A DNA stretch of 64,000 nucleotides, from positions 1 to 64,000 of the IMG/VR virus record IMGVR_UViG_3300006793_000021. One strand, written 5' to 3'. The DNA is from a virus. This document shows, piece after piece, positions 26,701 through 38,400 of the stretch. The notes under the pieces are model-generated. The model saw only the letters and a program-made list of their open reading frames with translations. It searched no databases and was not told where the DNA came from. The position numbers and the translations under genes are program-made. The stretch's first letter is position 1, and every line of letters starts with the position of its first letter.

Positions 26701-29225
26701 CAGGTAATGTTACTGTAACACAAAACTTAGATGTAGGTGCCGCGGCACAGTTTGAAGAAATATTAATTGATGATAACTTTATTACTACAACTACAGGAAA
26801 TACAGATTTAGAATTTCGCACAAGCGGAACAGGTAATATTATTGTTCCAGATAATAATGTTAACATAACAAATGATTTAACAGTTGCAGGCGATATTAGT
26901 GCAAGTAACTTAACTGCTAGTGCAAATATAACAAGTGCAACAGCAAACATTGGCGATGTACAAATTAGCGGAACAACTGTAGAAGCAACGGCTTCAAATG
27001 CAGATTTAGAATTACGTGCTAACGGAACTGGAGATGTAACTGTTCCTACTAGTAATGTTGTGCTTGGCCAAGCACTTCAAGTTTTGGGTACTACTGACTT
27101 ACAAAATGTAAACTTAGGTGGTGTTCTTACACATTTTGGTAATACTGTACAAACAGGTAACTTTACCCTTACTAACGGAGAGTTTACAAACGGCGATATT
27201 AAAATTGATGGTAATACAATTGAAACAACTGCTTCAAGTTCAAACTTAGAACTACGTGCAAATGGTAGTGGTATTATTAGTATACCAACTAACAATGTTG
27301 CAATTACATTAAATTTAGATGTTGACGGTGATACAGATTTACAAGCAACAAATATTACAGGTACACTTACGCACTTAGGCGATACTAACCAAACAGGAAA
27401 TTATACTGTAACTGGTCAAGCAGATATTGATAGTGTACAAATTGATAGTAACTTTATTACTACTAATGTTTCTAATACAGATTTAGAATTACGTGCTAAT
27501 GGCACAGGTAAAGTATTAATACCAAATAACAATGTACAGATTGATAACAATCTTACAGTAAGTGGCGACACAGATTTACAAGCAACAAATGTTACAGGTG
27601 CAATAACTCATGTAGGTAATACTACACAAACAGGTAATACTGATCTAGCAGGTAACTTTGATATTACTGGCACTGTTACTGTGTCAAGCGTAGCACAGTT
27701 TGAAAATGTAAACATTACAAACAACGTTGTAACTACTACAGAATCAAACAGTGATTTAGAATTACGTGCGGCAGGAACAGGCGAAGTAATTGTTCCACAG
27801 AATGATGTACACATAACAAATGATTTAATTGTAGACGGAACTATTACAGTAGGTGATATTAATAGTGCAGGTACTATTACAGCAAATCAATTTAGTACAG
27901 GCGACATATTAATTGATGATAATTTCATTACTACAACAGCAAGTAATTCAGACTTAGAATTACGAGCAAGTGGTACAGGTGAAGTTGTAGTTCCTAGCAA
28001 TGATGTTTTACTTTCACAAAACTTAACAGTTGACGGATTAGCAACACTAAAAAATACAAATATTACAGGTACAGTAACACATACAGGTACTACTAACCAA
28101 ACTGGTGATTTAAACTTAACAGGTGCATTAGATGTTGACGGCGATATTACTATTGCTGGAGCAGTACAATTTGAAAATATACAAATTGCAGGCAATGTAG
28201 TTGAAACAACACATACAAACAGTGATTTAGAGTTACGTGCTAATGGCACAGGCAAAGTTATTATTCCAACTAATGATGTTGAAGTTATTGGTAACTTAAC
28301 AGTTGATGGAACACTAACAGTTGGCGATATTGTTAGTACAGGACAAATACAAGCAAACACATTTTATACAGGTGACATACGTGTAGACGATAACTTTATT
28401 ACAACAACTACAAGTAATTCAGACTTAGAATTACGAGCAAGTGGTACAGGAAGTATTGTAATTGATACGCTTAGTATTAACGATAGCACAATATCATCTA
28501 CAGGCGATCTTACTTTAGCACCAAGTACAGAACAAGTTATTATAGATGCAACAGGATCTGTAAAACTACCAAGCGGTACAACAGCACAACGTCCAACAGG
28601 CGTAGCAGGACAGATTAGATTTAACAGTCAATTATCACGCTTTGAAGGATATGACGGAACTAACTGGATTGTATTACACGGTGTAGAAGATTTAGACGGT
28701 GATACTAAAGTAACTGCTGAACAAACAACAGGTGCAAATGACAACACTATTAGGTTTGATGTAGCAGGTAACACTATAGTTGATATAACAAATATTAGAA
28801 TGTCAGCACCAAAAGTAACCGTTGATGACATCACTATTGACGGTAATGTGATAAGTACTACTACAACTAACACAGATATGATTCTGGGTGCAAATGGCAC
28901 AGGTAGCGTTAAGATAGATAATATTGCTTTTAGTGATAATACTATTACTAACACTTCGTCAAATGCTGTAACGCTGTTATCAAATACTGATAATGGCTAT
29001 TTTAAGTTTGGTACAACTTATGGTATGGTTTTACCAGGCGGAACGGCAGCTGAGAGACCACCTGTAGCATATACCGAACAAGGTATGATGCGTTATAACT
29101 CAGCTGACGGTCGTGTTGAAATATGGGATGGATCAAACTGGGTATCTGTAGCAGGTGCGCAGTCAGGTGTAACAAGAGCTGAAGCAGAAGACATAGCACT
29201 CGAAATTGTATTGAGTTTAGGATAA
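23709..29225 (+). CDS. Giant fibre/baseplate protein, 1838 aa
   Basis: Same architecture as 18425..23545 (GRISGPLL N-terminus, beta-helix, DLELRANGTG repeats, RP-G-RFN C-terminal motifs). Confidence 0.75.
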   Translation: MSAIGRISGPLLKSNLLRNGIDLAFETDLLYLDVNNQRIGIKNATPQYELDITGTTRTTDIRVTNRADIGDINVLGNTIWSDNQYLYLGTVDNIVYNNKLRVDDIDVEGNVISTNTSNSNLELRPNGTGEVHVYSNMEVDGNIHATGNITADGNIVLGDADTDSITFNADVASDIIPDLDNTYNLGYKGTEYTQNAGNFALGDATITVSSGTGTLNVPASGTAWADDVVNTTANIADSLLLALQSTSGTLHKITTTSVWTGTNPRQASISAPSILDGTYNVVQVNLGAKRWADVWVDNIVTNGINTGTIIVDGVDLTLRQGNIFYVAENGDDTHTGTHQQDPFASISKALSVASSGDTIHVYPGIYTETFPLTVPVGVTVKGQGIRGVTIQPTTATRYNDAFLLNGETTIEDLTVSDFYSGGAFHDTTAASAGSATLNVGTAPFAHTYVSGGTITFGGTDYAITNAVYTHGTGELVITHAGPDAGVGTNTFIKDIVFSCNGGNRTFPDNGYAFRFATDFEVTSRSPYIKNVSVITKGSVTSASDPRGFDAGDAGKGVYVDGAYATINSKEAAMLFHSATFITPGVDALTATNGARIEWLNSFTYFANRSAYAFDSNDGLKGEGKTRIRLSGISGTFAGGETITFTSTDNSTVVTKVINSVENSDTLVINGKDTGLLGFDFTPLSISSSGGASATAIESLDLRDFGAEIRMIGSASVYGNNGLVGDGPGVLVYAIGHNLAYIGNGKAVTNDPSTVIQSQEVIESNDAQIRYNSVDHKGDFRVGDLFYVNQETGSASFSVSDFVINTTNGVTFNTGSDTTFVDGSKIETGDWRISGNTIQTLTQDANFNAASGTIKLNDNVDITGNLDVTGNVTIGGNITIGDEATDTIEIVAGIDSDIIPKLNGVYSLGEATKQWSNIWVNQVNIDSIKIRDNFIETTESNADLEIRANGTGNIYIPNNNVQIDNALTVAGLATLANTNITGTVTHVGTTNQTGTTNVTGNVTVTQNLDVGAAAQFEEILIDDNFITTTTGNTDLEFRTSGTGNIIVPDNNVNITNDLTVAGDISASNLTASANITSATANIGDVQISGTTVEATASNADLELRANGTGDVTVPTSNVVLGQALQVLGTTDLQNVNLGGVLTHFGNTVQTGNFTLTNGEFTNGDIKIDGNTIETTASSSNLELRANGSGIISIPTNNVAITLNLDVDGDTDLQATNITGTLTHLGDTNQTGNYTVTGQADIDSVQIDSNFITTNVSNTDLELRANGTGKVLIPNNNVQIDNNLTVSGDTDLQATNVTGAITHVGNTTQTGNTDLAGNFDITGTVTVSSVAQFENVNITNNVVTTTESNSDLELRAAGTGEVIVPQNDVHITNDLIVDGTITVGDINSAGTITANQFSTGDILIDDNFITTTASNSDLELRASGTGEVVVPSNDVLLSQNLTVDGLATLKNTNITGTVTHTGTTNQTGDLNLTGALDVDGDITIAGAVQFENIQIAGNVVETTHTNSDLELRANGTGKVIIPTNDVEVIGNLTVDGTLTVGDIVSTGQIQANTFYTGDIRVDDNFITTTTSNSDLELRASGTGSIVIDTLSINDSTISSTGDLTLAPSTEQVIIDATGSVKLPSGTTAQRPTGVAGQIRFNSQLSRFEGYDGTNWIVLHGVEDLDGDTKVTAEQTTGANDNTIRFDVAGNTIVDITNIRMSAPKVTVDDITIDGNVISTTTTNTDMILGANGTGSVKIDNIAFSDNTITNTSSNAVTLLSNTDNGYFKFGTTYGMVLPGGTAAERPPVAYTEQGMMRYNSADGRVEIWDGSNWVSVAGAQSGVTRAEAEDIALEIVLSLG
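27940..28450 (+). repeat. Exact 40-bp direct repeat within the coding repeats
   Basis: CAAGTAATTCAGACTTAGAATTACGAGCAAGTGGTACAGG at 27940-27979 and 28411-28450. Confidence 0.85.
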
Positions 29226-29231
29226 GAAAAA

Positions 29232-29561
29232 ATGGCAACATTATTTAAGAATAAAGTAGTAAAAGAAATAGGTACGTTACCGGTTGACATATATGAAACT
29301 GATGCAAGTACACGAGCAACCGTTATTGGTTTAAGTATTACAAATTTAACAACATCATTTGTTTATGTTGATGTTATTATATTTGATGATACAAGTGTTG
29401 CAGGTTTCTATTTAAAGGATACAGTGTTGCCAGCTAATACAGCACTAAGAGTTGTTAACCAAGGTGAAAAACTTATATTAGCGGCTAATAACAAATTACA
29501 AGTTCGAGCTAGTGTCGCAGACAGTGTTGACGTAGTATTGAGCTTTGTGGAGATTGTGTAA
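29232..29561 (+). CDS. Small beta-rich virion protein
   Basis: VIGLSITN...LPANTAL...GEKLILAANNKL...VVLSFVEI. Confidence 0.65.
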   Translation: MATLFKNKVVKEIGTLPVDIYETDASTRATVIGLSITNLTTSFVYVDVIIFDDTSVAGFYLKDTVLPANTALRVVNQGEKLILAANNKLQVRASVADSVDVVLSFVEIV

Positions 29562-29938
29562 TGACATATTATGTAGGTAATAACCCACAAGACGTTTTAG
29601 ACGGGTTTATTAAAAGATATTTTTACGGTATGCGTAGGAATGAAGATGGTGAATTATTTTTAATTCGTATTGACCAGCTTCAAGGACAAGAAAATGTTGC
29701 AGTAATTAACGACATTGGTGTATCAGCAAATAACTTTTTAGACTTTGAAGAAGGTATTGATTATTTAGATGGAGTAGACGCAGAGCATAATATTGTTTAT
29801 GCAAACTTGCGATATCCACAGATTAGATGGGACGGACGTTCATTAGTCTATTATATTGATCCCACAGACGGACAATTTATAATGAGAATATCAGAAGGAT
29901 ATGACTACCCTGAGAATATTTCAGGACCAGGGTATTAA
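29561..29938 (+). CDS. Hypothetical virion protein
   Basis: 125 aa, translationally coupled (TAATG), inside the structural operon. Confidence 0.6.
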   Translation: MTYYVGNNPQDVLDGFIKRYFYGMRRNEDGELFLIRIDQLQGQENVAVINDIGVSANNFLDFEEGIDYLDGVDAEHNIVYANLRYPQIRWDGRSLVYYIDPTDGQFIMRISEGYDYPENISGPGY

Positions 29939-29949
29939 GGAGCAACTAA

Positions 29950-32900
29950 ATGGCAGAGTTTAAGTTAGATAGATTTAAGTATGTTTGGAAAGGTGATTGG
30001 ACCCCAACTACTGACTATCGAAGAGACGACATTGTAAGAGTCGGCGGTAAAAGTTATGTGTGTATTGTTACACATACTTCAAGCGGAACGTTCCTTACAG
30101 ACTTAGAAGCAACATTACCAGGATCAAGTCCACCACAACCATATCCACAATGGACGGTGATGACAAGTGGTAAATCTTTTGCTGGCACTTGGACACAAGG
30201 CGTTGCATATAACTTAGGTGACATAGTACTTTATAACGGCTCTTTATATAAATGTAATGATTCACACAACAGCGGAAACTTTGCTTCAGAATATCCTTTT
30301 TGGGATCTGTTTGCATACGCACAAGAATTTTTAAAAGATTGGACAACAGCAACAACATATGCACCTGGCGGCATTGTAAAATATAACGGTATAGTTTATA
30401 TTTGTCATATACCACATACATCAAGTTCATTACTAGAAAATAATATTAATGACTGGTTAGAATTTGGTAACGGTATTGAATACAAAAGCACATGGACTGC
30501 TGGCGTTGACTACAGAAAAAATGACTTAATACGCTACGGTGCTAACATATTCCGTTGTACAACTAGTCATACAAGTGCAGGTTTAGCATTTGATCAAACT
30601 AAATTTCAAATTGAATTTCCAGGTACACAAGCAAACTTAGCTGTTTGGCAAGATACTGAATTTTACCAAGAAGGTGACGTTGTACGTTACGGTGGCTTTA
30701 TTTACTTTGCAATAGCAAATAGTATTGATGTTGATCCTAGTAGAAGTCAAGAAGATAGTACAGTAGCATGGATTGTACTTGCTAAAAACTCAAGTTTTGC
30801 AGGTGAGTTTGTTTCAGGCACAGCATATAAAACAGGTGAACTAGTTTTACGTGGTGGTTATTTGTACAGAGCATTAACTGATGTTAACGTTGTTGATGGT
30901 ACAGATAGTACTGTAGATTATTTAGATAATAGCATTTGGGAAAAAGTTGCTGAAGGTAACAAGTGGTCAGAAGTATGGAAGGAAAACACTAACTACGCAG
31001 TTGGTGAAGTTGTTTACTATAAAGGTAGTGCGTATGTTTGTACATTTGAACATGATGCTACACAAAGAGACAATCCAGAAAACGGTAGCGGATATAGTTA
31101 TTGGGATCTACTTATTCAAGCAGGTCGTCCAGCAGGTATGGATACCAAAGGTGACTTACTTACATACAACACATTAGATGACGGCAGTTCACAAGGCGAT
31201 ATTGGACTACCAATTGGACAAGAACAACAAGCTCTATCAGTTGCTGACGATTATGAAGCATTTTGGAGAGACTTTGCTAATGATGCAGAAGCAGTGTATG
31301 TTGCACCAAAAGGATTTGACTTACCTGGTTACGGCAAAGACTGGAAACAACCTTTTGCAACTATTAGACATGCTTGTGAATATATCGAAGATACATTTCC
31401 AGCACTAACTCCTGCAAAAATATTTATTGCGGCAGGCAGATATGAAGAAGTTGGACCAATAGCAGTTCCAGCAGGTTGTGTTGTTATGGGAGATGAATTA
31501 CGTGCAACAAACATAATTGCAACTCCTGCAATTCCAGAATACGAAGACAACTATCAATATGTAAAAGAAACAGATACTTATATTAGTGGATTTATTTTAG
31601 ATCTTATACAAAATCAATTCTTAACACCTACAAGCGGAAATAGTGAACCACAAGTATTAGTAGGACCAGTATCAGATCAACCTACAGCACAAAGAATTTT
31701 AGAATTAATTGCTGAATATGAACAGTTTATTGAATTCCGTTTACCTACAGAATCAGGAGATGTTGATCCTGCTCAAACAACTGTATCAAACGATTTAACA
31801 ACTAACTCAGCATTTAAAGCGGCATCAGAACAGTTGATGGCTAACAGAGAATTTATTGGTAACGAAGTGTATGCAAGACTAACACTAAACTTTCCAAGCG
31901 TTACATTTACTAAGAAATATGTTTTAGCAGATGTAAGAGCAATGATTAGAGGTGTTGCACAAGACTTATTATACGAAGGCAATCATAGAACATTATATGC
32001 GGCAAGACGTTATACAAATAGTGCATTAGGCGGACAGTTTGATGACTTGTTTTATATGAGAGATACTACAGGACTAAGAAACTGTACAACTGAAGGTCTT
32101 ACTGGAACACTAAATCCTCCAGGCGTGTTTGACTTATATCAACGTCCAACAGGTGGCGCACTTGTATCATTAGATCCAGGTTGGGGACCAGCAGACGAAC
32201 GTGTTTGGATTAAAAATAGATCACCATACATGCAAGGTGTAACAAACTTTGGCTTTGCTTGTGCAGGTATGAAAGTTGACGGAAACTTACATAATGGCGG
32301 CAACAAGTCAATGGTTGCAAACGACTTTACACAAGTATTAAGCGACGGTGTTGGAGCATGGATTACTAATAATGCTAGAGCAGAACTTGTGTCAGTGTTT
32401 ACATATTATTGTTCAGTTGGTTACTTGTCAGAAAATGGCGGCATTATACGTGCAACAAATGGTAACAACTCATATGGTAGATTTGGTAGTATTGCATCAG
32501 GTGGAGACACAACAGAAGTTCCACAATCAACTACATTAATGAATAGAAATAACGAAGCACAAGTTGATAAAGTATTTGCAGGTTTATCAGATGATAGAAT
32601 CTTAGCATTTGAATTTAGTCACACTGGTGAGAAATATACTAGTGCAACTTCAACAGTAACAGGTGCTGGATCAAGTGTTAGTACAGAATTTAGAGATTAT
32701 AGAGCCGGTGCTTTATTCCAAGCAAGACTAGTTAATACTCAAGGATCAGGAAGCGAAGGCGGTAGTAATTATCTAGTAAGACAGGGTTACGCACAGGAAA
32801 CACCAAATGCCGCAAGTACACTAAAATTATCAACTACAGATGCAACACAGTTTTATAATGAAATTGAAGGCATGAGAGTTGTAGTTTTATCAGGACTAGG

Positions 32901-35445
32901 TGCAGGACAGTATGCATATATTACTGCATATAATAGTGCAACTAGAGAAGCTACTTTGACAAAAGATTCAGATGGTACATTAGGGTGGGATCATATTATT
33001 CCAGGAACTCCTTTAGTAGCATCATTTGACGCAACTACATATTATAGAATAGAACCAAGAGTAGTTGCAAGTGATCCAGGTTGGTTATCAGAAAATAAAA
33101 CTATTGAACGTTTAGATTACGTTAGTGCAGACTTTGGCGGAACAAGTCAGTTATATCCAAGTTTAGATGGTCAAGTAGGAACAGGCGAAACTTTTGGATT
33201 AGATCCAATTGCAAGTAATTGGCGTGTACAACGTTCAGGTAACATTTATACACTAACACTAGTAACTGGCGGTGCTGGTTATGCAGTTAACGATACAATT
33301 ACACTAAGTGGTACAGACTTAGGAGGCGCAAGTCCTGCTAATGATATTTCAATTAGAGTAGCATCAGTTACAGACGATAGTTCAAATAGTGTTGCAACAT
33401 TTACATATTCAGGTGAACCAGTAGGCGGATTATTTGTTGCTATCGATGATAAATCACAGGCGGCATACAGTGCAGATGGCAACACTTGGGTACAAGTTAA
33501 TTTAAGTTTTGACGCTGGAACTGATGAATACATAAAAATATTAGCAGAAGAAAATAAATTCTTAGCATTTGCTACAGGAATGAATACTTACAGTTATTCA
33601 GAAACAGCAACAAGTTGGACTACTAGAGCATTGCCAATAACTAGAAATTGGACTGATGCGGCTTTTGGTAGCGGCACGTTTGTATTAGTTGCTTCAGGAA
33701 CAGCAGATGCACTTTATAGTACAGATGGACTAACATTTTCACAATCAGTATTACCACAAACAGATGACTGGGCGGCAGTACAATACGGTCAAGGAACATT
33801 TGTTGCAGTAACAAGTGGAGCAACACAAGACGTTGCTACATCACCAGATGGTATTACATGGACACTGAGAAACGCAGTATTACCAGCAGGAAGTAAAACT
33901 TGGACTAATGTATTATTTGGTAAAAATAGATTTGTTGCTATAGCAACTGATGGAACAACAGCATATTCATTAGACAAGGGTGTAACTTGGACAGCAGGTG
34001 GTAGTTGTAACGAAAGTGGAGCCTTTGTTGTTAAAAACGGCATATATTCGCAAGGTGTGTTTATGGCAGTTGGTTGGGCAACTACAGTTGGATCTGGCTT
34101 TACACTAGAAGGTTATGAAAATGCATTAGTATCAGAAGACGGTATTACATGGACACCACAATCATTAAATTTAAGTTATAAGTGGGCGGCGATTGCTGAA
34201 GCACCATTAGACGGAACTCCAAAGTTCATGGTAATTGCACAAGATGCAGACGGTGGCTTACAACATGTAACAACAGGATGTAAAGCTCTTGTTAGAGCAA
34301 GTGTTAACCAAGGTAAATTCCAAGACTTATTGATATGGGATCCAGGCAGTGGTTATAATGATGCAAATCCTTTAACATTAACTGTTACAGATACGCAATT
34401 TGTATCAGAAGTTGAATTTGAAAATAGAATTGGTACAGGAGTGTTATCACAACCAGACTTTATTAATAGAGGTGGCGGTTATCGTATAACAAGTACAAAC
34501 GTAACTATTGCAGGTGATGGTTATGCAGATATTGTACCAGAAGCGGCATTTATGACACTAGCAGGAGTTGCAACAATTCCTGGACCAGGTGTGCAAATTA
34601 AATTTGAAGGCTTATTAGAAGAAGCTACAGATGACCCAAATGATTTAAAATTATTCTCAGGTATTGAAATTACAGATTTAGGTGATGACGGTAGTGGCGC
34701 AGGAACAAGACTAGTTGCTTTTAAAGTTTCTCCAAGATTAAGAAACGAATATAATTTAGCACACGGTACAGTTGTAACACTACGTGAACGTTATAGTCAG
34801 TGTAGAATTAGTGGACACGACTTCCTAGACATTGGTACAGGTAACTTTGTAAACACAAACTATCCTGACATATATGCAGGCGGAGCGTACTACACAGCGG
34901 CACCAGAAAATGAAGTATTAGAGCAAACAGGCGGAAGAGTATTTTATGTAAGTACTGACCAAGATGGTAACTTTAGAACAGGTGAATTATTCAGTGTACA
35001 ACAGGCAACAGGTATTGTTACTATTAGTGCTGAATTCTTTGACTTAGACGGTCTGTCAGAACTAGCACTTGGTGGTGTTAGATTAGGTGGTTCAGGTACA
35101 GTTGTTAATGAATTTAGTACAGACCCAACTTTTGCGGCAGACTCCAATCAGGTTATTCCAACACAAAGAGCTATTGCTTCATTCTTAGCAGACAGACTAA
35201 GTGTTGGTGGTGAGAACTTAGAGACAAACGCAATACAGGCAGGACAAGTAAGAGTTGGTACAGTTGATAACGTTATAGAACATGCATCAGACGGCGCTAT
35301 TGACATACCAATTGATGTTTCAATTGATGGAACATATACATCGACAGATGAGTTTGGTGTAGAGACAACAGAACAAGTTGCAATAAGTGGTACAATATAC
35401 ACTATGCAACAATTAATGAAAGGCCATGACGACTCTGTTCAATAA
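29950..35445 (+). CDS. Giant virion protein, 1831 aa (carbohydrate-binding-like repeats, beta-helix, Asp-box propeller)
   Basis: W-x5-Y-x2-(G/D)D-V-x-Y-x-G-x2-Y-C repeats, SxDGxTW Asp-boxes, NDFTQV-SDG-G, GHDFLDIGTG. Confidence 0.75.
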   Translation: MAEFKLDRFKYVWKGDWTPTTDYRRDDIVRVGGKSYVCIVTHTSSGTFLTDLEATLPGSSPPQPYPQWTVMTSGKSFAGTWTQGVAYNLGDIVLYNGSLYKCNDSHNSGNFASEYPFWDLFAYAQEFLKDWTTATTYAPGGIVKYNGIVYICHIPHTSSSLLENNINDWLEFGNGIEYKSTWTAGVDYRKNDLIRYGANIFRCTTSHTSAGLAFDQTKFQIEFPGTQANLAVWQDTEFYQEGDVVRYGGFIYFAIANSIDVDPSRSQEDSTVAWIVLAKNSSFAGEFVSGTAYKTGELVLRGGYLYRALTDVNVVDGTDSTVDYLDNSIWEKVAEGNKWSEVWKENTNYAVGEVVYYKGSAYVCTFEHDATQRDNPENGSGYSYWDLLIQAGRPAGMDTKGDLLTYNTLDDGSSQGDIGLPIGQEQQALSVADDYEAFWRDFANDAEAVYVAPKGFDLPGYGKDWKQPFATIRHACEYIEDTFPALTPAKIFIAAGRYEEVGPIAVPAGCVVMGDELRATNIIATPAIPEYEDNYQYVKETDTYISGFILDLIQNQFLTPTSGNSEPQVLVGPVSDQPTAQRILELIAEYEQFIEFRLPTESGDVDPAQTTVSNDLTTNSAFKAASEQLMANREFIGNEVYARLTLNFPSVTFTKKYVLADVRAMIRGVAQDLLYEGNHRTLYAARRYTNSALGGQFDDLFYMRDTTGLRNCTTEGLTGTLNPPGVFDLYQRPTGGALVSLDPGWGPADERVWIKNRSPYMQGVTNFGFACAGMKVDGNLHNGGNKSMVANDFTQVLSDGVGAWITNNARAELVSVFTYYCSVGYLSENGGIIRATNGNNSYGRFGSIASGGDTTEVPQSTTLMNRNNEAQVDKVFAGLSDDRILAFEFSHTGEKYTSATSTVTGAGSSVSTEFRDYRAGALFQARLVNTQGSGSEGGSNYLVRQGYAQETPNAASTLKLSTTDATQFYNEIEGMRVVVLSGLGAGQYAYITAYNSATREATLTKDSDGTLGWDHIIPGTPLVASFDATTYYRIEPRVVASDPGWLSENKTIERLDYVSADFGGTSQLYPSLDGQVGTGETFGLDPIASNWRVQRSGNIYTLTLVTGGAGYAVNDTITLSGTDLGGASPANDISIRVASVTDDSSNSVATFTYSGEPVGGLFVAIDDKSQAAYSADGNTWVQVNLSFDAGTDEYIKILAEENKFLAFATGMNTYSYSETATSWTTRALPITRNWTDAAFGSGTFVLVASGTADALYSTDGLTFSQSVLPQTDDWAAVQYGQGTFVAVTSGATQDVATSPDGITWTLRNAVLPAGSKTWTNVLFGKNRFVAIATDGTTAYSLDKGVTWTAGGSCNESGAFVVKNGIYSQGVFMAVGWATTVGSGFTLEGYENALVSEDGITWTPQSLNLSYKWAAIAEAPLDGTPKFMVIAQDADGGLQHVTTGCKALVRASVNQGKFQDLLIWDPGSGYNDANPLTLTVTDTQFVSEVEFENRIGTGVLSQPDFINRGGGYRITSTNVTIAGDGYADIVPEAAFMTLAGVATIPGPGVQIKFEGLLEEATDDPNDLKLFSGIEITDLGDDGSGAGTRLVAFKVSPRLRNEYNLAHGTVVTLRERYSQCRISGHDFLDIGTGNFVNTNYPDIYAGGAYYTAAPENEVLEQTGGRVFYVSTDQDGNFRTGELFSVQQATGIVTISAEFFDLDGLSELALGGVRLGGSGTVVNEFSTDPTFAADSNQVIPTQRAIASFLADRLSVGGENLETNAIQAGQVRVGTVDNVIEHASDGAIDIPIDVSIDGTYTSTDEFGVETTEQVAISGTIYTMQQLMKGHDDSVQ

Positions 35446-35466
35446 AATGCGCAGATATCATAGATG

Positions 35467-35474
35467 GATAAATA
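35467..35474 (+). promoter_or_regulatory. Late promoter variant GATAAATA
   Basis: Intergenic, upstream of GGAG and the ATG at 35498. Confidence 0.65.
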
Positions 35475-35497
35475 CAGTAACTTGGAGTTAAGAACAA

Positions 35498-38400
35498 ATG
35501 GCAGAGTTTAAATTAGGTAGAATTAGATTCGTTTGGAAAGGTACATGGAGTACTGGCAGAACGTATTATCAAGACGATGTCGTCACAGTAGGCGGCAGAA
35601 TGTACATATGTACGATTGGACATGAAAGTGACGCAGACTTTTATAACGATTTCGATATAGTACCCCCAAAATGGAATCTTGTTTCAGATGGACAAGCATG
35701 GAAGGGTAACTGGTCCCCAAATACAGCATACATTTACAATGATATTGTAAAATATGGCTCAGGACTTTATATTGCAAATACCAATCATACTTCTGCAAAT
35801 ACAACGGGCACAGGCTCTTTTGCAGTAACAATAGAAACAAATGCTTCTGCTCCAGGCAATAATGTTTTTGTTGTCGATGGTGTACAATATCCAAACTTAC
35901 AACTTACTGCTGGTTACACTTATACTTTTGTACAAGATGATGAATCAAATGATACTCATCCGTTTTTATTCAGTGAAACAAAACACGGTACACACAACGG
36001 TGGAACTACATACGAAACAGGCGTTACTTACTACCTAGACGGCGCTGTAGTTGCTGATAAAGCAACTTATGTTGGAGGCTTTGATGCGGCAACAACACGT
36101 AAAATAGTAATTGCAGTTACAGGCGCAACTCCAGATCCTTTATACTACTATTGTCATAACCATAACAACATGGCAATTGATGCAGAAATTGATATTCAAC
36201 TTGTTGGATTAGAAAATGACGAATCAAAATGGGATACCTTTACAAACGGTATTACTTGGAAAGGTGATTGGCAAACAGGCTTTGGTTATAAAGTAAATGA
36301 CATTGTTAAATATGGCGGAAGTTCATATGTGTGTAATACAGCACATACTTCAGGATCATTATCCGATGGCTTAGAAGTAGACCAAGCAAAATGGGATTAT
36401 CTAAACCAAGGTATTGAATATAAGTCACAGTGGATTACTGGAACACGTTATAAAGTAAATGACGTAGTACGTTACGGTGCTAGTTTGTGGATTGCAACAG
36501 CACAGCATACAGGTTCAGCATCATTTGGTACTGACAGTGCTAATTGGGAAAAATTTGTAGAAGGCTTCCAGTACGAAGGCGAATGGGATGCCTATAAAGA
36601 TTATCAACCAGGTGATATTGTACAATATGGTGGTTACCAGTATATTGCAAAAACAGATCACATTGGAGAGTTTCCTTCAACAAGTACAGTAAACTGGGAC
36701 TTGTTTAGTGAAGGATTTAAATTCCAAGACGAATGGGGTGCTGATAGTACAGCACAAGAATATAGAGTAGGTGACGTTGTACGTTACGGTGGTTTTACAT
36801 ATCTATGTATTTTAGACCACACTAACCAAGAACCACCAAATGCTACTTACTGGAAAAAGTTTACTTCAGGATTAAACTGGAGAGCAGTATGGGCAGACGA
36901 TGTAGAATACAAAGTTGGTGATGTTGCACGTTACGGTGATAACTCATACATATGTATTAACGGACATTTATCAGATGGTGATAGCGCAGGCAGTGCAGGC
37001 TTTGCTATTAACTCAAGACCAGACCAAGACACTGGTGGCGTATATTGGCAAGTTATTGCTGTTGGTACAGAACAATCTGTGCTTACTACAAAAGGTGACT
37101 TAGTTTACTATAGTGGATCTGCTCCAACAAGATTACCAATTGGTGAAGATGGTCAAATTTTAACTGTTAACTCCGAAGGACTTCCTAACTGGGAATTCAT
37201 AGGCGAAACAGATGATGTTTATTATGTTGCAGGTCACGGTAAAGATAGCCCAGCACCAATATATGGTAAAACAATTGATAGACCTTTTAAAACTATTAGA
37301 TATGCGGCACATCAAATTGAACGTGGTGCAAAGAATCCTAATGCGGCAAAACTACTTGAACTAAACAGAAGATTTATTCAAAGAGAAATTGTTGAATTTA
37401 CAGACAATCAAATTACAAATAACGTTGCTCCATTTACAAGCAGTTTTGCATACGTTGCAGAAAAATGTGAAAGAGATATGGGTCTTATTGTAGACGCAGT
37501 TATTTGGGATATTAAACATGGCGGTAACGAACTTACATGGGACGCAATGTACGAGTATGTTAAAAATGCAACTAATTTTTACACACTAGGACAAGAAGCA
37601 GAAACAGTAGCAAGTATTAACTACGGTGTAACTGTAATGACTGCTGTTTTAAATCAAACAGCACCAGCAGTAAATTATCAAACATTAAATGGTGATAACT
37701 CAACAGCGATTGTAGCACAACATACAGATGCAAGTTTATCTGCTGAAACTGTAATTGACCATATTACAGCAAATGTTAAAATGATAACAGATGCAATTAC
37801 AGCATCTAACCCAAATCAAGTGTTGCCTAAGAAAATTGTTCCAACAACATTAATTAAAGTTTCTACAGGATACTACTACGAAGTACTTCCAATTATTGTA
37901 CCAGCTGAATGTTGTATTATGGGAGACGAATTACGTGCAACAAACGTACAGCCTCGCAAAGCAACAAATGCTACACTAACACCAAAACAAGATATACCAT
38001 TTAGTTTTGAAGGACTTTCTCGTGTAGAAGAAGTTGTTGCAGATATTGTTGAAGGTGTTGCAGTTTCCAAAACAACAGCAAATGCATTAACACAAGACCA
38101 AACATGGCCTTATGCAGAAACTGATGTAGTTGGTCCGCAAGTACAAAAATTAGCACGTACTATACGTAGACAAATTGATAGTTCAACAGGTACTAAAGTT
38201 GAAGCAATTTATACACCTATATACGAAATGACTGATCCAAATTTTGGACGTTCAAGAGATTTATTCTTACAAAACAAAGCATTTATACAAGCAGAAATAA
38301 TTGCTTACATTGAAGAAAACTATCCAGGACTAAGTTACAGTAAAACAAAATGTAAAAATGATGTTGGCTTAATTATGGACAATGTTGCGTATGACTTAAC

